NCBI GenBank assembly: GCA_010093815.1
Contig: ML996583.1
DNA length: 64,000 nucleotides
Reading direction: 5' to 3' (one strand)
DNA from: Pseudovirgaria hyperparasitica
Taxonomy: Eukaryota
The notes beneath the pieces are model-generated. The model saw only the letters and a list, made by a program, of their open reading frames with translations. It did not search any database and was not told the origin of the DNA. Shown here piece by piece: positions 48,177-61,838 of the stretch; position 1 is the first letter of the stretch, and the number at the start of each line of letters is the position of its first letter. The translations under genes were made by a program, and so were the position numbers.

Positions 48177-50039
48177 TCATGACTCCATAGAGACAGCCTG
48201 TGCCTCTTGCTGTGTCGCGATCTCTCCTCCAGCCTGAGTTTCTGCCCATGCACCCCAGAGGCCTCGTTTGGCTCGTATGCGGAGAGGGCCCCCAAGATTG
48301 TTGGACTTTTGTTCAATCTTGACTGCGTCTTTGGTCGCAAGAACCAGACACTCGAAAAACATCTTTGTTGCGTCTGCCCTCGTGGTGGTCTTCTCGGGAA
48401 CCATGTTCTGAAATAGTACGCTGTTCTTTTGCCGCGCTGATGCACTCGTTTGTGCCTCTTCTCCAAATTGTTCACGGAGCATATGTACTGCGTGCTTAGT
48501 GGCTAGAGAAACGGGTCCGCTATCTGCCGGATGGATCAATGGCATTGCCGTTTCGTCGAAATTGTCAGGGAGAGCGGTGTACTCCTCGGTCTCTGGGATA
48601 GCAAGATCATCTTGCGCAGGTATCTCATGAATAGACGGGTCCCGCGCAAGAACGCTCTCGTCTCCGATATCAAGAGGTCGGGGCGGCGCTTCTAGATCAT
48701 CTTCCTCTTCTTCTAGTTCGATCTGGGGTACTTCTTCTGCTTCTTCTGGGTCAACATCCGCGATGCCGCTGTCTCTCTTCCGCTTCAGATCGCCTGACCT
48801 GCGGACGACTTCCAAAGAGAGAATTCCCCTGAGTTCAGGAGCCCAGCCAAGACTACGACCTTCGCCAAGAATGCTCGAAACGAATTGGCCGTTCTTTTGC
48901 ATGTTCATCAATGCCAGGAGTAAAGGATCGCGGGGGAGATATTGTGGGGCTTTGAGGATCTTAGACCGATCATCTTGCATGGCTTTGATATAGCTAGCAC
49001 GAAGCTCTGTGTCGGTATCTGGATGTAGGAGTTTCCGCTTCTTCGCTTGCTGTGGTACTATAATCGTCTCTTCCTCCTCTTCTTCCTCCTCCTCTGCAGA
49101 AGGCTCGAAGGTTGTTGTTTGATTTTGATGATCTTCTTGTGCGTGCTCTTCCAATTCTCGCTCGACCTCCGAGTTGATTGATGATAAAGGAGAGAGGCTT
49201 TCTCGCGCTCGGCCTGTCCCTTCGTCGTTGAGTTGACCAGCATCAAAAACATCCGGCATGTCGATATCACCGAGATTCGCGGATACGTCAGGTACAGGAT
49301 CTTGCTGCTCAAATGGATCGTCAAAGTTGATGTTAAGATCATCCGCATCATCTAGGAGCTTCGAGGCTCCACCAAATTCTTCTTCAGCAGACCTGACAGG
49401 GGGCGCGTCTCGCCCTTTCTCGATGCTCATATCCCCGTCAGTCATATCGATCCCAAGGTCGTCATCGTCATCATCAAGTAGCATGCCTCCGTCGCGGCGC
49501 GCTCGTTCGATGGTACCAGGAGGCAGCTGGCTATCGTCGAACGTCATAATAGTATTGTCTACACCAAAATCGAGGGTTGGCTGAGTCGACAACAACATGT
49601 CAGGATCAGGTATTGGTGCAAAAAGGTCATTTATGGTGATCTTGTCTTCGAGTGTTAGAGCAGCCGCGTTGGCGGTTGCTGATTGATTCAGCGCAAGGTC
49701 CACGTTGCCGGGTTTGAACGCCTGAACATTTGATTAGCCAGACAATACATGGCTTCGGTCACTGCTGAGCCTCACCATGTTGATCTTCACTATGGCTTCA
49801 TTGCAGTCGTCGTATAGATAACGCGCTTTTCGGCTGTAGATTCTGACTACACCGAGAAGTAGTTGACCTGTCAAGCGTAAAGCCATTGGATTTGTATCGG
49901 TCTGCAGAATGAAATTGACGTCCTTGCCAATGTCCATTTGCAGGACATTGCTTTTGGTCAACTTGCGCTCGATATTTGAGGCAAGCCAGACTTTGGCCAG
50001 AGGGCCAGTCCTGGAAAGCAAATCCTCTGAGTAAAACAT
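48177..50039 (-). CDS. RAD21: Cohesin kleisin subunit Rad21/Scc1/Mcd1; one intron at ~49723-49776
   Basis: N-terminal MFYSEDLLSRTGPLAKVWLA...ALRLTGQLLLGVVRIYSRKARYL, an acidic linker, and the C-terminal winged helix TRADATKMFFECLVLATKDAVKIEQ. Confidence 0.95.
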
Positions 50040-50115
50040 TATTGCTACCAATTAGTGTTGCGACCGTGGAGAAAGACGTGGAACGATGTTTGGCTCGAAG
50101 GTAGGAGGGTATGGA

Positions 50116-50175
50116 GGCGCGTAGTTGGTGCTAGGAGAGGTGGGTAGCCGCGTTTGTTTTGGAATGGTGACGCGA
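50116..50175. promoter_or_regulatory. Cluster of three ACGCG (MCB-like) cores upstream of RAD21
   Basis: gcgcgt (~50117), ccgcgt (~50148) and acgcga (50170) lie within 140 bp of the ATG, with a further ACGCGT at ~50501. Yeast MCD1/rad21 are MBF targets. Confidence 0.45.
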
Positions 50176-51062
50176 CTAGGCCGACGAGCGCAACGAGCCC
50201 CAGAAGGCAGAGGAGTGCGCAAAGGTCGCAGCTAGTCGTCGGCAGCGGTCAAGTTAATGATGATACACGATGTTGCGATGCGCACAATTGATATGGATAC
50301 GCTGCGAATGCGCGATGAGTTGTGGATGGCAAGAGGTTGCGATTGCCAATGCGCTCTACCTGTGGTTGGGTGAGGCTGGGGATTCCAGAAACTTGCGCCC
50401 CTCGTGACTAAGCAAATGCAGGCTTCTTCCACCTTGGCAAGGTTCAACCCTTAGTGATGCCTGATGCCCCCTGCTATAATTCCATTCTTCGTGAGGAAAT
50501 ACGCGTCTGACATTGATGGTGGAGCAGAATGAAAAGAAGATGACTGAGCTTGACGCGCATTATATCCAGTGTACGACCGTATTTTCTCATACGAAGTTGT
50601 AGTCCTGCACTATTCATGAACTTGTCATAAATCTGCCACGCAATCTGCTGGTATAATTCATATATAGTCAACGTACCTAGTTAAGCACGACTCAATGAAC
50701 TCATGCGTTAGATTGAAACGTTTATACCTCAACAGACGAACCACAACGGCAGATCCGGACTGTATTGTCTTGAAGATAATTAAATCGACAGCGCAGACTG
50801 CACTCTTTCATTACCCTTGCTCAATGCGGCTTTAGCGCTACCGGCTGGTCGGCCTGGCCAGGGCACATCTGTTATACGGAGACGTCGCATATCAGTCAAT
50901 TATACTTCCTTCTCTAATTCTTCTTAGGGTCTTCCCAAGACTTTCTACTTTGGTATTGGTAGATCTTTGTCATGCTAGGATGAGCGTTTGACCGCAGATT
51001 CTCTTTTTCCAAGCCCCGACTTCCTGGGATCCTGTCTCTTCCTCGCCCTGGGTCATGAAAAC

Positions 51063-54000
51063 ATGTCAAGAGCTTCGACGCCTGCCTTGCCATTATACCA
51101 TGCCCCTCCAAGCTCCAGTAAACTACAACCGCCTACAGTTTTGTCGCGGCCAGGCTCGCCGACCAGCTCACGATCGTCGAGCAGAGCGCGCGTCAAAACT
51201 TCATCTTCGGTACAGTTTGAGCCCATGCGCCCATGTGTCAGATCAAGTGATTAATGACTAGGTTGCAAACGCCAGATAACAGCATCATTTTCGATCCTCT
51301 CCTCCGAAGCCACCGTATCACGGTTCTCCTCCTCATTGACACATGGCCTTGCGCCCTCCGAGGCGACACGTCGGCTTCACGACTATGGTCTCAATGAGTT
51401 GCCTCATGATGAACCCGAGCCATTGTGGCTACGATTTTTGAAACAGTTCAAAGAAACCCTGATACTTCTCCTTCTTGGCTCCGCTGCTGTGTCTTTACTG
51501 ATGGGAAATTTGGAAGATGCTATTAGTATAGGAGCCGCTGTTACCATAGTAGTGACTGTGGGATTCATTCAAGAGTATAGATCGGAGAAGTCGCTGGAAG
51601 CTTTAAGTCAATTGGTACCCCATGCTGCACATGTTATACGAGGAAATTCGAATCCTGCAGAGGAGGGAACATCAGCACCTCGATCTGCCGGTGCACCAAG
51701 CTCGGCAGCCAACGGAACTCCAGAGGCACAATTGCCCCTATTGCAAGAATTGGAACAGGCAGAGGCCTCTGCATCCACAATCCCGGCTTCACATCTGGTT
51801 CCTGGTGATCTCGTCCTTTTCTCTACTGGAGACCGCATACCGGCCGATATTCGCATTACCCGAGCTGCCGGGCTGTCTCTGGACGAATCGAATCTGACTG
51901 GAGAGAATGAACCAGTAACTAAGACTCCAGACAATGTCACACTTTCGCAGCTCGCAGCTCATCATACAAACTTGGGGAATTCGTCACCCCTTTACGACTC
52001 CCCTGCCGCTGGCACTGTTGGTGCCGATATACGACTAAATGACCAAACTAACATCGCATTCATGGGTACCCTTGTACGGTCTGGACATGGGCAAGGGATT
52101 GTAATCGGTACAGGTGGGAATACCGAGTTTGGTGCAATCTCAGCGTCTCTCCAGGAAATAGAAAGCCCTCGAACACCCCTACAGCTATCCATGGACCGGC
52201 TCGGAAAAGAGCTCAGCTACATGTCTTTTGGCATCATCGCGTTCATTATGCTTTTGGGGCTTTGGCGAGGATGGCCGTTCCTCGAGATGTTTCAAATAGG
52301 TGTTTCTTTGGCTGTGGCAGCGATACCTGAAGGACTACCTATCATCGTGACGGTGACGCTGGCGCTTGGAGTTCTCCGCATGTCCAAGAGAGATGCTATT
52401 GTTCGCAGATTGCCAAGTGTTGAGACACTAGGGTCAGTCAACGTAGTTTGTAGCGATAAAACTGGTATGTGAAAGCTGCGTTGGAGCTGAACCTCACCGC
52501 ATGATGACCTGACAGATACTAGGCACACTGACCACAAACCACATGACAGTGACGAAGTTGTGGCACTTCGACGAGCGAACTCCCGCAGATGTGTGTCAAA
52601 AACAAGGCTCGACAGATCTTGACCTTGCTACCAAAACGATCCTTAGGATTGGTAACATTGTTAACAACGCGCGTATCTTCAGCTCTCGCGCAGACAGCGT
52701 TGCTACAGCATCTAGTGCCTCGGTGTTGTCCTCGACAATGGGTGACGATGTCTCGAACGCCAAGAGTCGATGGGCCGGGCAGCCGACTGATGTAGCATTG
52801 CTGGATCTTCTCGATACCTTTGGAGAGGAGGATGTTAGAGAACGCCTCGGTGTGAGGCGAAATGAGACCCCTTTTAGCTCTGAACGGAAATGGATGGGCG
52901 TAGTCATCAACAGCAGCTCTGTGCCAGATGCGCCCAATAAAGACGTCGCCTACATCAAGGGCGCCATCGAGAGAGTACTGGATCGATGCGACACGTATAT
53001 TACGGCAGCTGGTCGCGAAGTTGTCCTGGATGAGCCGCGGCGGAAGGAGGCTCTACAGGCTGCTGAGGCCATGGCACAAGACGGACTGAGAGTGCTCGGA
53101 TTTGCCAGTGGTCCACTTCGAAGCTATGCCAGAAGTAACGCATCGACTCTCTCTGTAAGAAGTGGTAGCGGAACTCCCCATCATAATCGTGGAGATCGTA
53201 GCCCGCATAGTCTTGGGGAGTTGCCTAACGACGAAGATCTCTATCGTGGACTTGCCTTTGCGGGCTTAGTCGGCATGAGTGATCCGCCTCGGAAAGGCGT
53301 CGATAAATCAATTCGCCGGCTGGTAGCTGGGGGAGTCAAGGTCATCATGATTACAGGCGACGCAGAGACGACTGCCGTCGCGATTGCGAAGAAACTCGGC
53401 ATGCATCTCAACATGAACTCCACACTTGGTAGTCCTGTTCTTCGAGGAGACCAGCTAGACAAGATGAACGACGAGGAGCTCGCTCAAGCTATATCTTGTA
53501 CCTCAATATTTGCAAGGACTAGCCCTGAGCACAAATTGAAGATCGTACGCGCTCTTCAAAGGCGTGGAGACGTGGTGGCTATGACTGGTGACGGCGTCAA
53601 CGACGCTCCGGCACTTAAAAAAGCTGACATTGGTATCTCTATGGGAAAACTGGGTACAGACGTAGCCAAGGAGGCGGCGGACATGATCCTTACAGACGAT
53701 GACTTCTCAACGATACTCAACGCCATAGAAGAGGGTAAAGGTATCTTCTATAACATTCAGAATTTTCTCACGTTCCAGCTGAGTACCAGTGCTGCTGCCC
53801 TCAGTCTCGTACTCATCAGCACCGTTCTCGGGCTCCCGAACCCACTCAATGCTATGCAAATCCTATGGATAAGTATGTCTCGGTAGCGCGTTGCTTTGAA
53901 GAGAATCTGCTAATCCCGTCTAGATATCTTAATGGATGGACCTCCCGCACAATCTCTTGGTGTCGAGCCTGTCGATCCAGCTGTAATGTCTCGTCCTCCG

Positions 54001-54468
54001 CGCTCAAAGACTGCTCGCGTTCTCACGCCACCTCTTATTCGCCGTGTGCTCCAGTCTGCATCGATCATCATGCTTGGTACTCTTTTCACCTATATCCGCG
54101 CAATGGCCGCCGAGCATGAGATCACTGCACGCGATACTACCATGACCTTCACGTGCTTCGTACTCTTCGACATGTTCAATGCTTTGACTTGCCGATCGGA
54201 GTCCAAGTCTGTTCTACGTGGCGAAATCGACATATTTGGAAACAAAATGTTCAATATTGCAGTCGCTGGAAGCTTATTAGGGCAAGGTCTGGTCGTGTAT
54301 TTCCCACCGCTACAGAGGGTTTTCCAGACGGAAGCATTGGGCCTGTTTGATATCATCGGCTTGTTGTTGACCGCGAGTTGTGTATTTTGGGCGGACGAAG
54401 GAAGGAAGTGGTATGTACGATGGAAAATGGGGAGAGGGTTGCCAGGAGGATATAGTACGAGTGTATAA
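51063..54468 (+). CDS. PMR1: Golgi Ca2+/Mn2+ P-type ATPase (SPCA/Pmr1); introns at ~51210-51275, 52466-52521 and 53873-53923
   Basis: [28 protein letters not shown], the phosphorylation motif CSDKTG|TLT split by an intron, [30 protein letters not shown] and [22 protein letters not shown]. The first exon is inferred. Confidence 0.95.
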
Positions 54469-55021
54469 AGATGGGAAGGAGGTTGTACTCTTAGCGTGGC
54501 AATAAATGTGTAGATATGATCAGAGCCATTTTTATCAACTTCATGAGGCGCAGTATGAGACTACTACGCCCAAGCATTGGACACACTTTTCCTACATTCC
54601 TTACGGAAATCATCATGGTAGAATCATGTATAGAACGCAGCTCAAGCTAATCTAATCGCGCTATATTATGGTACTGTCATTTTGTATGCTCGGCTTTGTA
54701 ATCGAGCCTGTCCATTCTTTCCTGCGAGAAATGATGACTTAAGTTGTACATTAGACTTACTCCAGGTGCATCCCTTGGACCTAACAATGCGAGAGATAGG
54801 ATCTCATACCCACGACAAACCAGGGGCCATTCCCTTATTTTGTCATTTCTTATACGCGACCAGGCTCATAAGGTACATCCTTGAGTAATAGAAGTGGAAC
54901 TTGTGCTCAGCTTCGAAGCCTCATGTGGAGCCTCATGTGGGTTCTATACGAAGGTCAGGTCTTTTGTTCCGTCTTAAACCATTCTCTTCTGCGTATCATA
55001 GCCGGTCTGGACCTACGAGTC

Positions 55022-55648
55022 TCACCCGTACATTTCATCGGTCACAGCGGCCATCCCCGCTTCGTCACGTTCAGGTCTCTTCAGCCCTGTTCCTGGCTTC
55101 AAGTACAATATCAATCGGTACGCCGTATTCCCATTCAAGTAATACCTATGCAACTTCTTACTCCTCAGGAATCCGAGCCTCTCGTATAGTTTTAGCGATG
55201 CAGCGTTATCGGTTTCGGTCTCCAGGACTATCTCGTCGGCGTTGCGCTCTTTCATTGCATCAATGGCCATCCTCACAAGCTTGGTCGCTATGCCTTGCCC
55301 TCGATACTTGTCCACTACGGCCAGCATGGCGATGTAGCCACGGAAGGTGCCGCTGCGATGAGGTTCGAGTTTGGAGACAATGACTCCGATAAGGACAGAA
55401 GAGGGGTCAAGGGTCTTATACAGGTGAAGAAAATCAGTTTTTAGCGCGCTCGTATACGTGCGCCAACATACCATAAAACAAAGATCACCCCATTGATTTA
55501 GGAAGTACCGATACACATAAATACTATATGGTTCAGAGAGATCCTTGCCTATCAAGGCGCGGATCGAAGGCAGATATTCCTCTTCTTTGGATATGTCGTA
55601 CTGGAGGTAGCGAAGGTTATCGGTGGCAGGCGAGTTGCTCTCCGTCAT
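55022..55648 (-). CDS. MAK3: N-alpha-acetyltransferase 30 (NatC catalytic subunit); intron 55415-55471
   Basis: DLSEPYSIYVYRYFL, RGYIAMLAV, acetyl-CoA motif RGQGIATKLV and LYERLGFLRSKKLHRYYLNG. Confidence 0.95.
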   Translation of the reverse strand: MTESNSPATDNLRYLQYDISKEEEYLPSIRALIGKDLSEPYSIYVYRYFLNQWGDLCFMVCWRTYTSALKTDFLHLYKTLDPSSVLIGVIVSKLEPHRSGTFRGYIAMLAVVDKYRGQGIATKLVRMAIDAMKERNADEIVLETETDNAASLKLYERLGFLRSKKLHRYYLNGNTAYRLILYLKPGTGLKRPERDEAGMAAVTDEMYG

Positions 55649-55991
55649 GTCTAAGGGACGAGAAGAGATTTCCTGTGGGCGACATGGGCGATGCTCACCA
55701 TCCAAGGAATCGTAGGGACCTTCTTGCAAGCTTGTTGTCCCACTTTGAGAAGCGCGACCGATATCCTTGCTGGCGATCCATCAAAGCCTGGCTTGTGCGA
55801 TGCAGTCACGCTACAATGTTCATACATGGATAGCTAGTGGGGCGCTAACTGGCATGTGAAAGTGACGACAGATGGGGAGCTTGTCGCAACACAGCTCGTT
55901 AAACTTGGTGTGCAACGAAACACGCAGAACTATATATATATAGAATCTACACCCTTCATACGCTTGAACGGAACAAATCCATGCCGCGGTA

Positions 55992-58160
55992 ATGTCGTCT
56001 CTCCGCCGGCGTCTGCTCGGCGACCCGTCACCCACCTCTTCCACCGACGTATCTCGAGATGCCAGTCCCATGCGCAACATCGAGTCTAAAGATCCTAATG
56101 TCGCAGAGGACCTCCGTGCGATTCCTGCAAAGCAGCTGGAAAAGCTAACGAAACATGTGGAGAAGGCAAAGAAGGCCAAGGGAAGCAAGAGAAGGAACTT
56201 CTGGATATTTGGGCTGGGAGGGATATTTGGTTTGGCGAGTGCAGCTTTCTTTGCAGGAAATCAGGATATGCTTGATATGGAACCTTTTAAAGATTTGAGT
56301 CTTGATAGCATTATGGACGTCCTTCCTGCGGGTCTGATTAGCGACGCTAGAGAGCTGCAGGTGAGTGTATATATAAGACCACTAGCATGATAAGCACGTT
56401 TAGACTAGAGAATGGTGCTGATGGGAAACTATAGAAACACGAACGGGAAGCCGTCAGCTACGACTCCTTCGCTGTAGGACTGCACGCCCAGACAGAAGGC
56501 ATAAAGGCCACACACCCCGTTATTATGATACCAGGAGTCATTTCAACTGGTCTCGAAAGTTGGGGTACTGAGACAGACTCCCGGCAATACTTTCGAAAGA
56601 GGTTATGGGGCAGTTGGAGCATGATGAGAGCACTTGTTCTGGATAAGGCTGGCTGGAAGAAACATATAATGCTGGACAAAGAGACTGGGATGGACCCTCC
56701 AGGCGTCAAGCTTCGTGCGGCTCAGGGATTCGATGCAACGGACTTCTTTATTACTGGATACTGGATATGGAACAAGATTCTGGAGAATCTGGCTACTATT
56801 GGATACGATCCGACGAACGCGTTCACTGCGGCTTATGACTGGCGAATGTCATATTTAAATTACGAGACCAGGGACCAGTACTTCACACGACTAAAGACGC
56901 ACATTGAAATAGGTGTACGCTTGTCCAATAAGAAGGTGGTCCTTTTGTCACACAGCATGGGTTCCCAAGTCCTATACTACTTCTTCCACTGGGTAGAGGC
57001 CGAAGGCTATGGCAACGGCGGCCCAGGCTGGGTGGATGCTTATGTTGACTCCTGGATCAATATCTCTGGTTGCATGCTTGGCGCAGTAAAAGGCCTGCCC
57101 GCTGTCCTCTCAGGAGAGATGAAAGATACCGCACAACTCAATGCCTTCGCAGTCTACGGGCTTGAGAAGTTTCTCTCCCGCGCTGAACGCGCTGAGCTTT
57201 TCCGCGCCATGCCTGGAATATCCTCTATGCTACCCATCGGAGGCGACGCGGTCTGGGGTAACTCAACATGGGCCCCTGACGACCAACCAGGACAATCACA
57301 GTCATTTGGCCGCTTCCTCAACTTCCGCGACCTGAACCAGACTGGAACGCCGTCGCACAATCTCACTGTCTCGGAATCTCTTCCTTACCTTTTTAACCAC
57401 ACCGAGGAGTGGTACAAGAAGATGATCCAGACCTCATACTCCCACGGCGTCGCCCATACCCGCCACGAAGTCGAGCAAAACCAACTAGACCCCTCGAAAT
57501 GGATCAATCCCCTCGAAACCCGCCTCCCGCTAGCTCCATCCCTCAAGATCTACTGCTTCTATGGTGTCGGCAAGCCCACGGAGCGCATATACTATTACCG
57601 CAATGACGGCGATGCGCTGACCAAGATCAATGTTACTATCGACACAGCATACAACGACCCCGACAAAAGCATCGATCATGGCATTATCATGGGCGAGGGC
57701 GACGGCACAGTCAACCTGCTGAGCAGTGGATACATGTGCACAAAGGGCTGGAACATGAAGCGATACAACCCGGCTGGCGCAAAGATCAGGGTGTACGAGA
57801 TGCCGCATGAGCCTGATCGGTTCAGTCCGCGCGGTGGGCCGAATACGGGTATGTGATTTCCCTGCATCGCTGATGCGTGGAATGTTTACTTGCTAACACA
57901 CACACAAAGGGGACCACGTGGACATTCTCGGCCGCTCGTCTTTGAACGACCTCATCTTGCGCATCGCAGGCGGGCGAGGCGAGATGATAGCAGAGGACCA
58001 CATCGTCTCCAACATCCGCGAGTATGCCGCTAGAGTGAAGATATATGATGACGACGAGGGCCCAGATAACAGGCCAGAACCAGAACCTGTAGATCGGAAG
58101 AACAAGCCACTACCGAGTCCTGAGCCGACGGTTGACTCTGGCCCAAAGATACCGGCCTGA
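55992..58160 (+). CDS. LRO1: Phospholipid:diacylglycerol acyltransferase; introns at ~56361-56434 and 57850-57909
   Basis: N-terminal TM segment (KRRNFWIFGLGGIFG), HPVIMIPGVISTGLESW, the lipase-like LLSHSMG, EGDGTV and catalytic G|DHVDILG. Confidence 0.94.
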
Positions 58161-58408
58161 AAGGAAAGGGTGCTGTAACGACTAACTGATACAGGAGGGG
58201 TGTTTTCTAATTAAGATCTGCCTGCGAAGGTCGCTCGGGTGATGAAGCTTTATGATACCAGTTTAACATAGACGGATTAGATATATACCGGCGCACGTAA
58301 ATACAGCCATATAAATCATATATTGGAGCGAGAATGTGCTCATGGCTTGGTATTTGCATTTACATACTGCTTGTCTCGCTTAAAGGCCTGCTCTATCCGC
58401 TGCCAGAC

Positions 58409-60952
58409 CTAGAACAGACCCAGCAAATCCTCATTCGTCTTCTTGCCTCCCTGTTGCTGCTGTTGCTGAGGGGGTGATGGCTGGTTCCCTGCTCCCATGT
58501 TGAGGCTTTCGAAACCATTCATCAGATCATCCCCGCCTACACTCTGACTTTGCGCGGCAGGTCCTTGGTTTCCATTGCTGAATAGGCCCATTAGATCGTC
58601 CATGTTGCCCATATTCGCCTTCGCATTCGCCGGCGCATTCACTGCTGGACTTTCTACTCTCTGCGGTGTGCCTGCTAGACCTTCCAAGCCACTCGACCCT
58701 GCTGAGGGCTCCTTTTGCATGCTTGCCGGGGCTGCGCCGTCGAAATCAATATCTAGCAGATTCTCGATATTGGACTGTGGCGCGACTGAGCCCCCAGCAA
58801 CTGCAGCAGCTGCAGCCGCAGCAGCTATAGGGTTGTCACGGGCTTCTTGACGTTGTTCTTCAATGGCAGCTTTTTGCATGGCTTCGGCGCCGAAGCGACC
58901 TTGGCCCAAGAAGGACTCAGGTGGTTTCTGGTAGACCGAGGCGAGAGTTGAGATTTCGAGAAGGAGTGAGTCAAGGAGAGCTTGTGGTAGAGATGGAATG
59001 GTGGACTGTATTGGAGGCTTTTCGGCGAGGATAATGTTCTGCATCAGGTCAGAACCTAGGCCAAATGACCACCATAGTGGAGCACCTACCTTTGCTATTT
59101 GGGGGTCACTGGATAGCAGTCGCCAATATACGTATGCTCGATCCCGAATGTCTGGATTATCATTCTTTTCTGTCGCTGATTTAAGGACTGATTGCACCAA
59201 TGCCTGAGATTGTTCAGGCTTCTTTAGGAAAAGTTTCACCACAGCAGTAAGGATTTGCAATTGAGTCTAGAGAGAGATTAGCGACGGATACTAGTAGTAC
59301 AAGTACAATATATACCTGAGTGAATTCCTCGTTGAAGGCATCAACGAAACCCGATAAAATCTCTTCGGCATTGCTAATTTTCTCGGCATATTCACCGACA
59401 ATCCAGATCAACGCGCCTCTAGCATTGGGTTCATCCAATTCATCAATGCACTGACAGAGCGTGGGTATTATGCCTTCATAACCGGGGTACTTCCTGAAGA
59501 TGTCCTTGATAACAACAATAGCCTCCTGGACAACGTAATTGACCTTAGTGGCAATAAGGTCTAGTAATGTGTTGACACATTTCTCGCTCGCGCTTTCGAT
59601 CTTGATCGCCACTTGACCGATGGCTTTAACGCCGCGGCGCACGAAATCCATATCTACCTCCATAGCATATTCTTTTAGTTCAGCTAGTAGTTGGTCAACA
59701 TTCTTATCGTTTGCTATTCGTACCATAATCTCAAGCTTCGCAAGTTTCAGATAGGGCGGGTCGTTGTATTTGCAGAAGAAAACTCGCATCTCCTTGCTAA
59801 GGATGTTAGGCTGTTTTTGTAACAGGAGATCGATGTTACGTAGTGCAACGTATTGGACCTCTGGCTGTGATGATACCAGAGTGACTAAATGTCATTAGTA
59901 TTTGAGAACTACCTCTAAAGCAGTGAACTGACCTAACGGAGGTGCCATCTTCTTGAGATACGATTGAGCCAATTCTTGACCGACATATCGCATGTGCAGG
60001 AAGACTACCTTGATTGCGGCCAAAACAACACTAGGATTGACGTGTTGGAATTGTGGTGACACTCGCTCGCAAATGTGCTCCGATTCTTTGACATCCGCGG
60101 CATGATAATCAGCAAGGGTGGTCAGTATGGTCACACGGCCCCATTCAGTACACTCGTTCAGTGCCATGAGCAGTTTCTTCAAGGTATGCGGAGTAATCTT
60201 GAATGCCTTGGTCTCTGGTGACGCTTCGTTGATCTCAACCAAAGCAGTGACGGAGTTCGCCACTACCATAGGGTTCGGATCGCCTATCAACTCTTGCAAC
60301 GTCTCCAGGAAGCCATTCTCCAGGCACATGGACGGATTCAGATCATATAACTTCGCGACGCAGATTGCAGCTGTCTTTCGCACGTATGGGGACTCGTCTC
60401 GTAAGGTTTTCCGCAACGGTTCCTCCATGTAGTCGACCATCTTGTCAACCCGAATACATCCCATCGTTCTTATAGCCAACGCGCGGATCAAAGGATTAGG
60501 GTCTTCAGCATCTTGTACAAATGTATTGACGGCGAGAATGCAGAGGTCAGGATGTGATTTGGCATAGTTCCTGAGAAAAAATGAGAAACTATACTTCGTG
60601 AACATAGTACAACTTACATGAGGTACAAATATACAAGCTTCTTCTGGTCCAGGTCGCCAGTCGCAATGTTCTTGAGGACATCCGGAAAGAGAGCAGATAC
60701 ATCCTTGCCCAAAGTCATGGACATGATCGTCTTCTGGATTGACTCCTTACTGAAAGGTCTAAGCTTATGTACGTAATGCGATTGTAGTTGTCCTTACCGT
60801 TCCCAGGCATATTGTGAACTGCGCATTATCGTCAGCTTATGATCTCCTGAATAGTTCAATGGTATCTAAACTCACACTAAACCGGCTCTCAATTCAAAAG
60901 TCTCTCCTTTTCGCGGTACCGCGAAGGCCCCTCTTATTCTGTTGACCGCCAT
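58409..60952 (-). CDS. APL2: AP-1 adaptor complex beta subunit; about 7 exons including a 21-nt micro-exon at 60798-60818
   Basis: [100 protein letters not shown] and [16 protein letters not shown]. Confidence 0.93.
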
Positions 60953-61838
60953 GTCTACTAAGGTCAGTAGAACTGACGAGCCTGCTGCCCGCACTCATAA
61001 AGTGACGGCCGGCGGCAAGTTGTGGGCGCCTGGACTTGAACAGGCCCTGACGGTGAGGCTCAAGTCTAGTCAGTGCAGCTACAATAGAGGTATTGCGCGA
61101 GGGTAGGTAGCAGTGACGATGCCTTCGGCCTTTGTGGTGGATCGCGTTGAGGAGTATAGCTGTGGATTGGCAAGTTGTTCTAGCAGTCGAGGTGTGTAAG
61201 TCTTGGCATGGATGGATGGATTCATTAGTGGTGTGTGCTAGATGGTGGCTAACCACCGAGATCGCCGCAATTACAACGAACATGGATGCGCACAAATCAC
61301 TTCCCTAAGCATATGGTGATTATCACGACTGATGAATCAGGAAGTCCAATCTCGAAACAATGGTGCGTGCACACAACCACGCTGAGACATGGAGTCTGAC
61401 TTTGGAGAAGCCAGCCAACCTCCCGAACTTACGGAGACTCTTCGTTGAATCTAGGACGGAAGCTGAAGAAAGCGCGTATTCTCGCAATGCTGTCAGTATG
61501 AAGAAACAGTATATTTGTCAAAGCTGAAGTATCCAGTTCTATAATCTAGTACTATACATGTCCTCTGTTGCCCTTTTCAGCCTGGTAGCGCAACGAATGA
61601 CCACTGGACGTCTACCCCTGGCGTAGGTTCCATCGGCTCAATGCGGATTACCATCTTCGTTGAGAAATCGGAGGTGGAAGGTTGTTCTTTCTTGAGCTAA
61701 TGTTTGAGAGGTTCTGGTATCTAAGATCAATAAGGGCGGTCACTGATTGCAATATACCTACACAAACTACCCAGTTTTTGCTACAGCTCTTAGGTCCTGC
61801 CTGCTCTTGTTCCAAAGACGCGAGGATATCGCGCTGAC

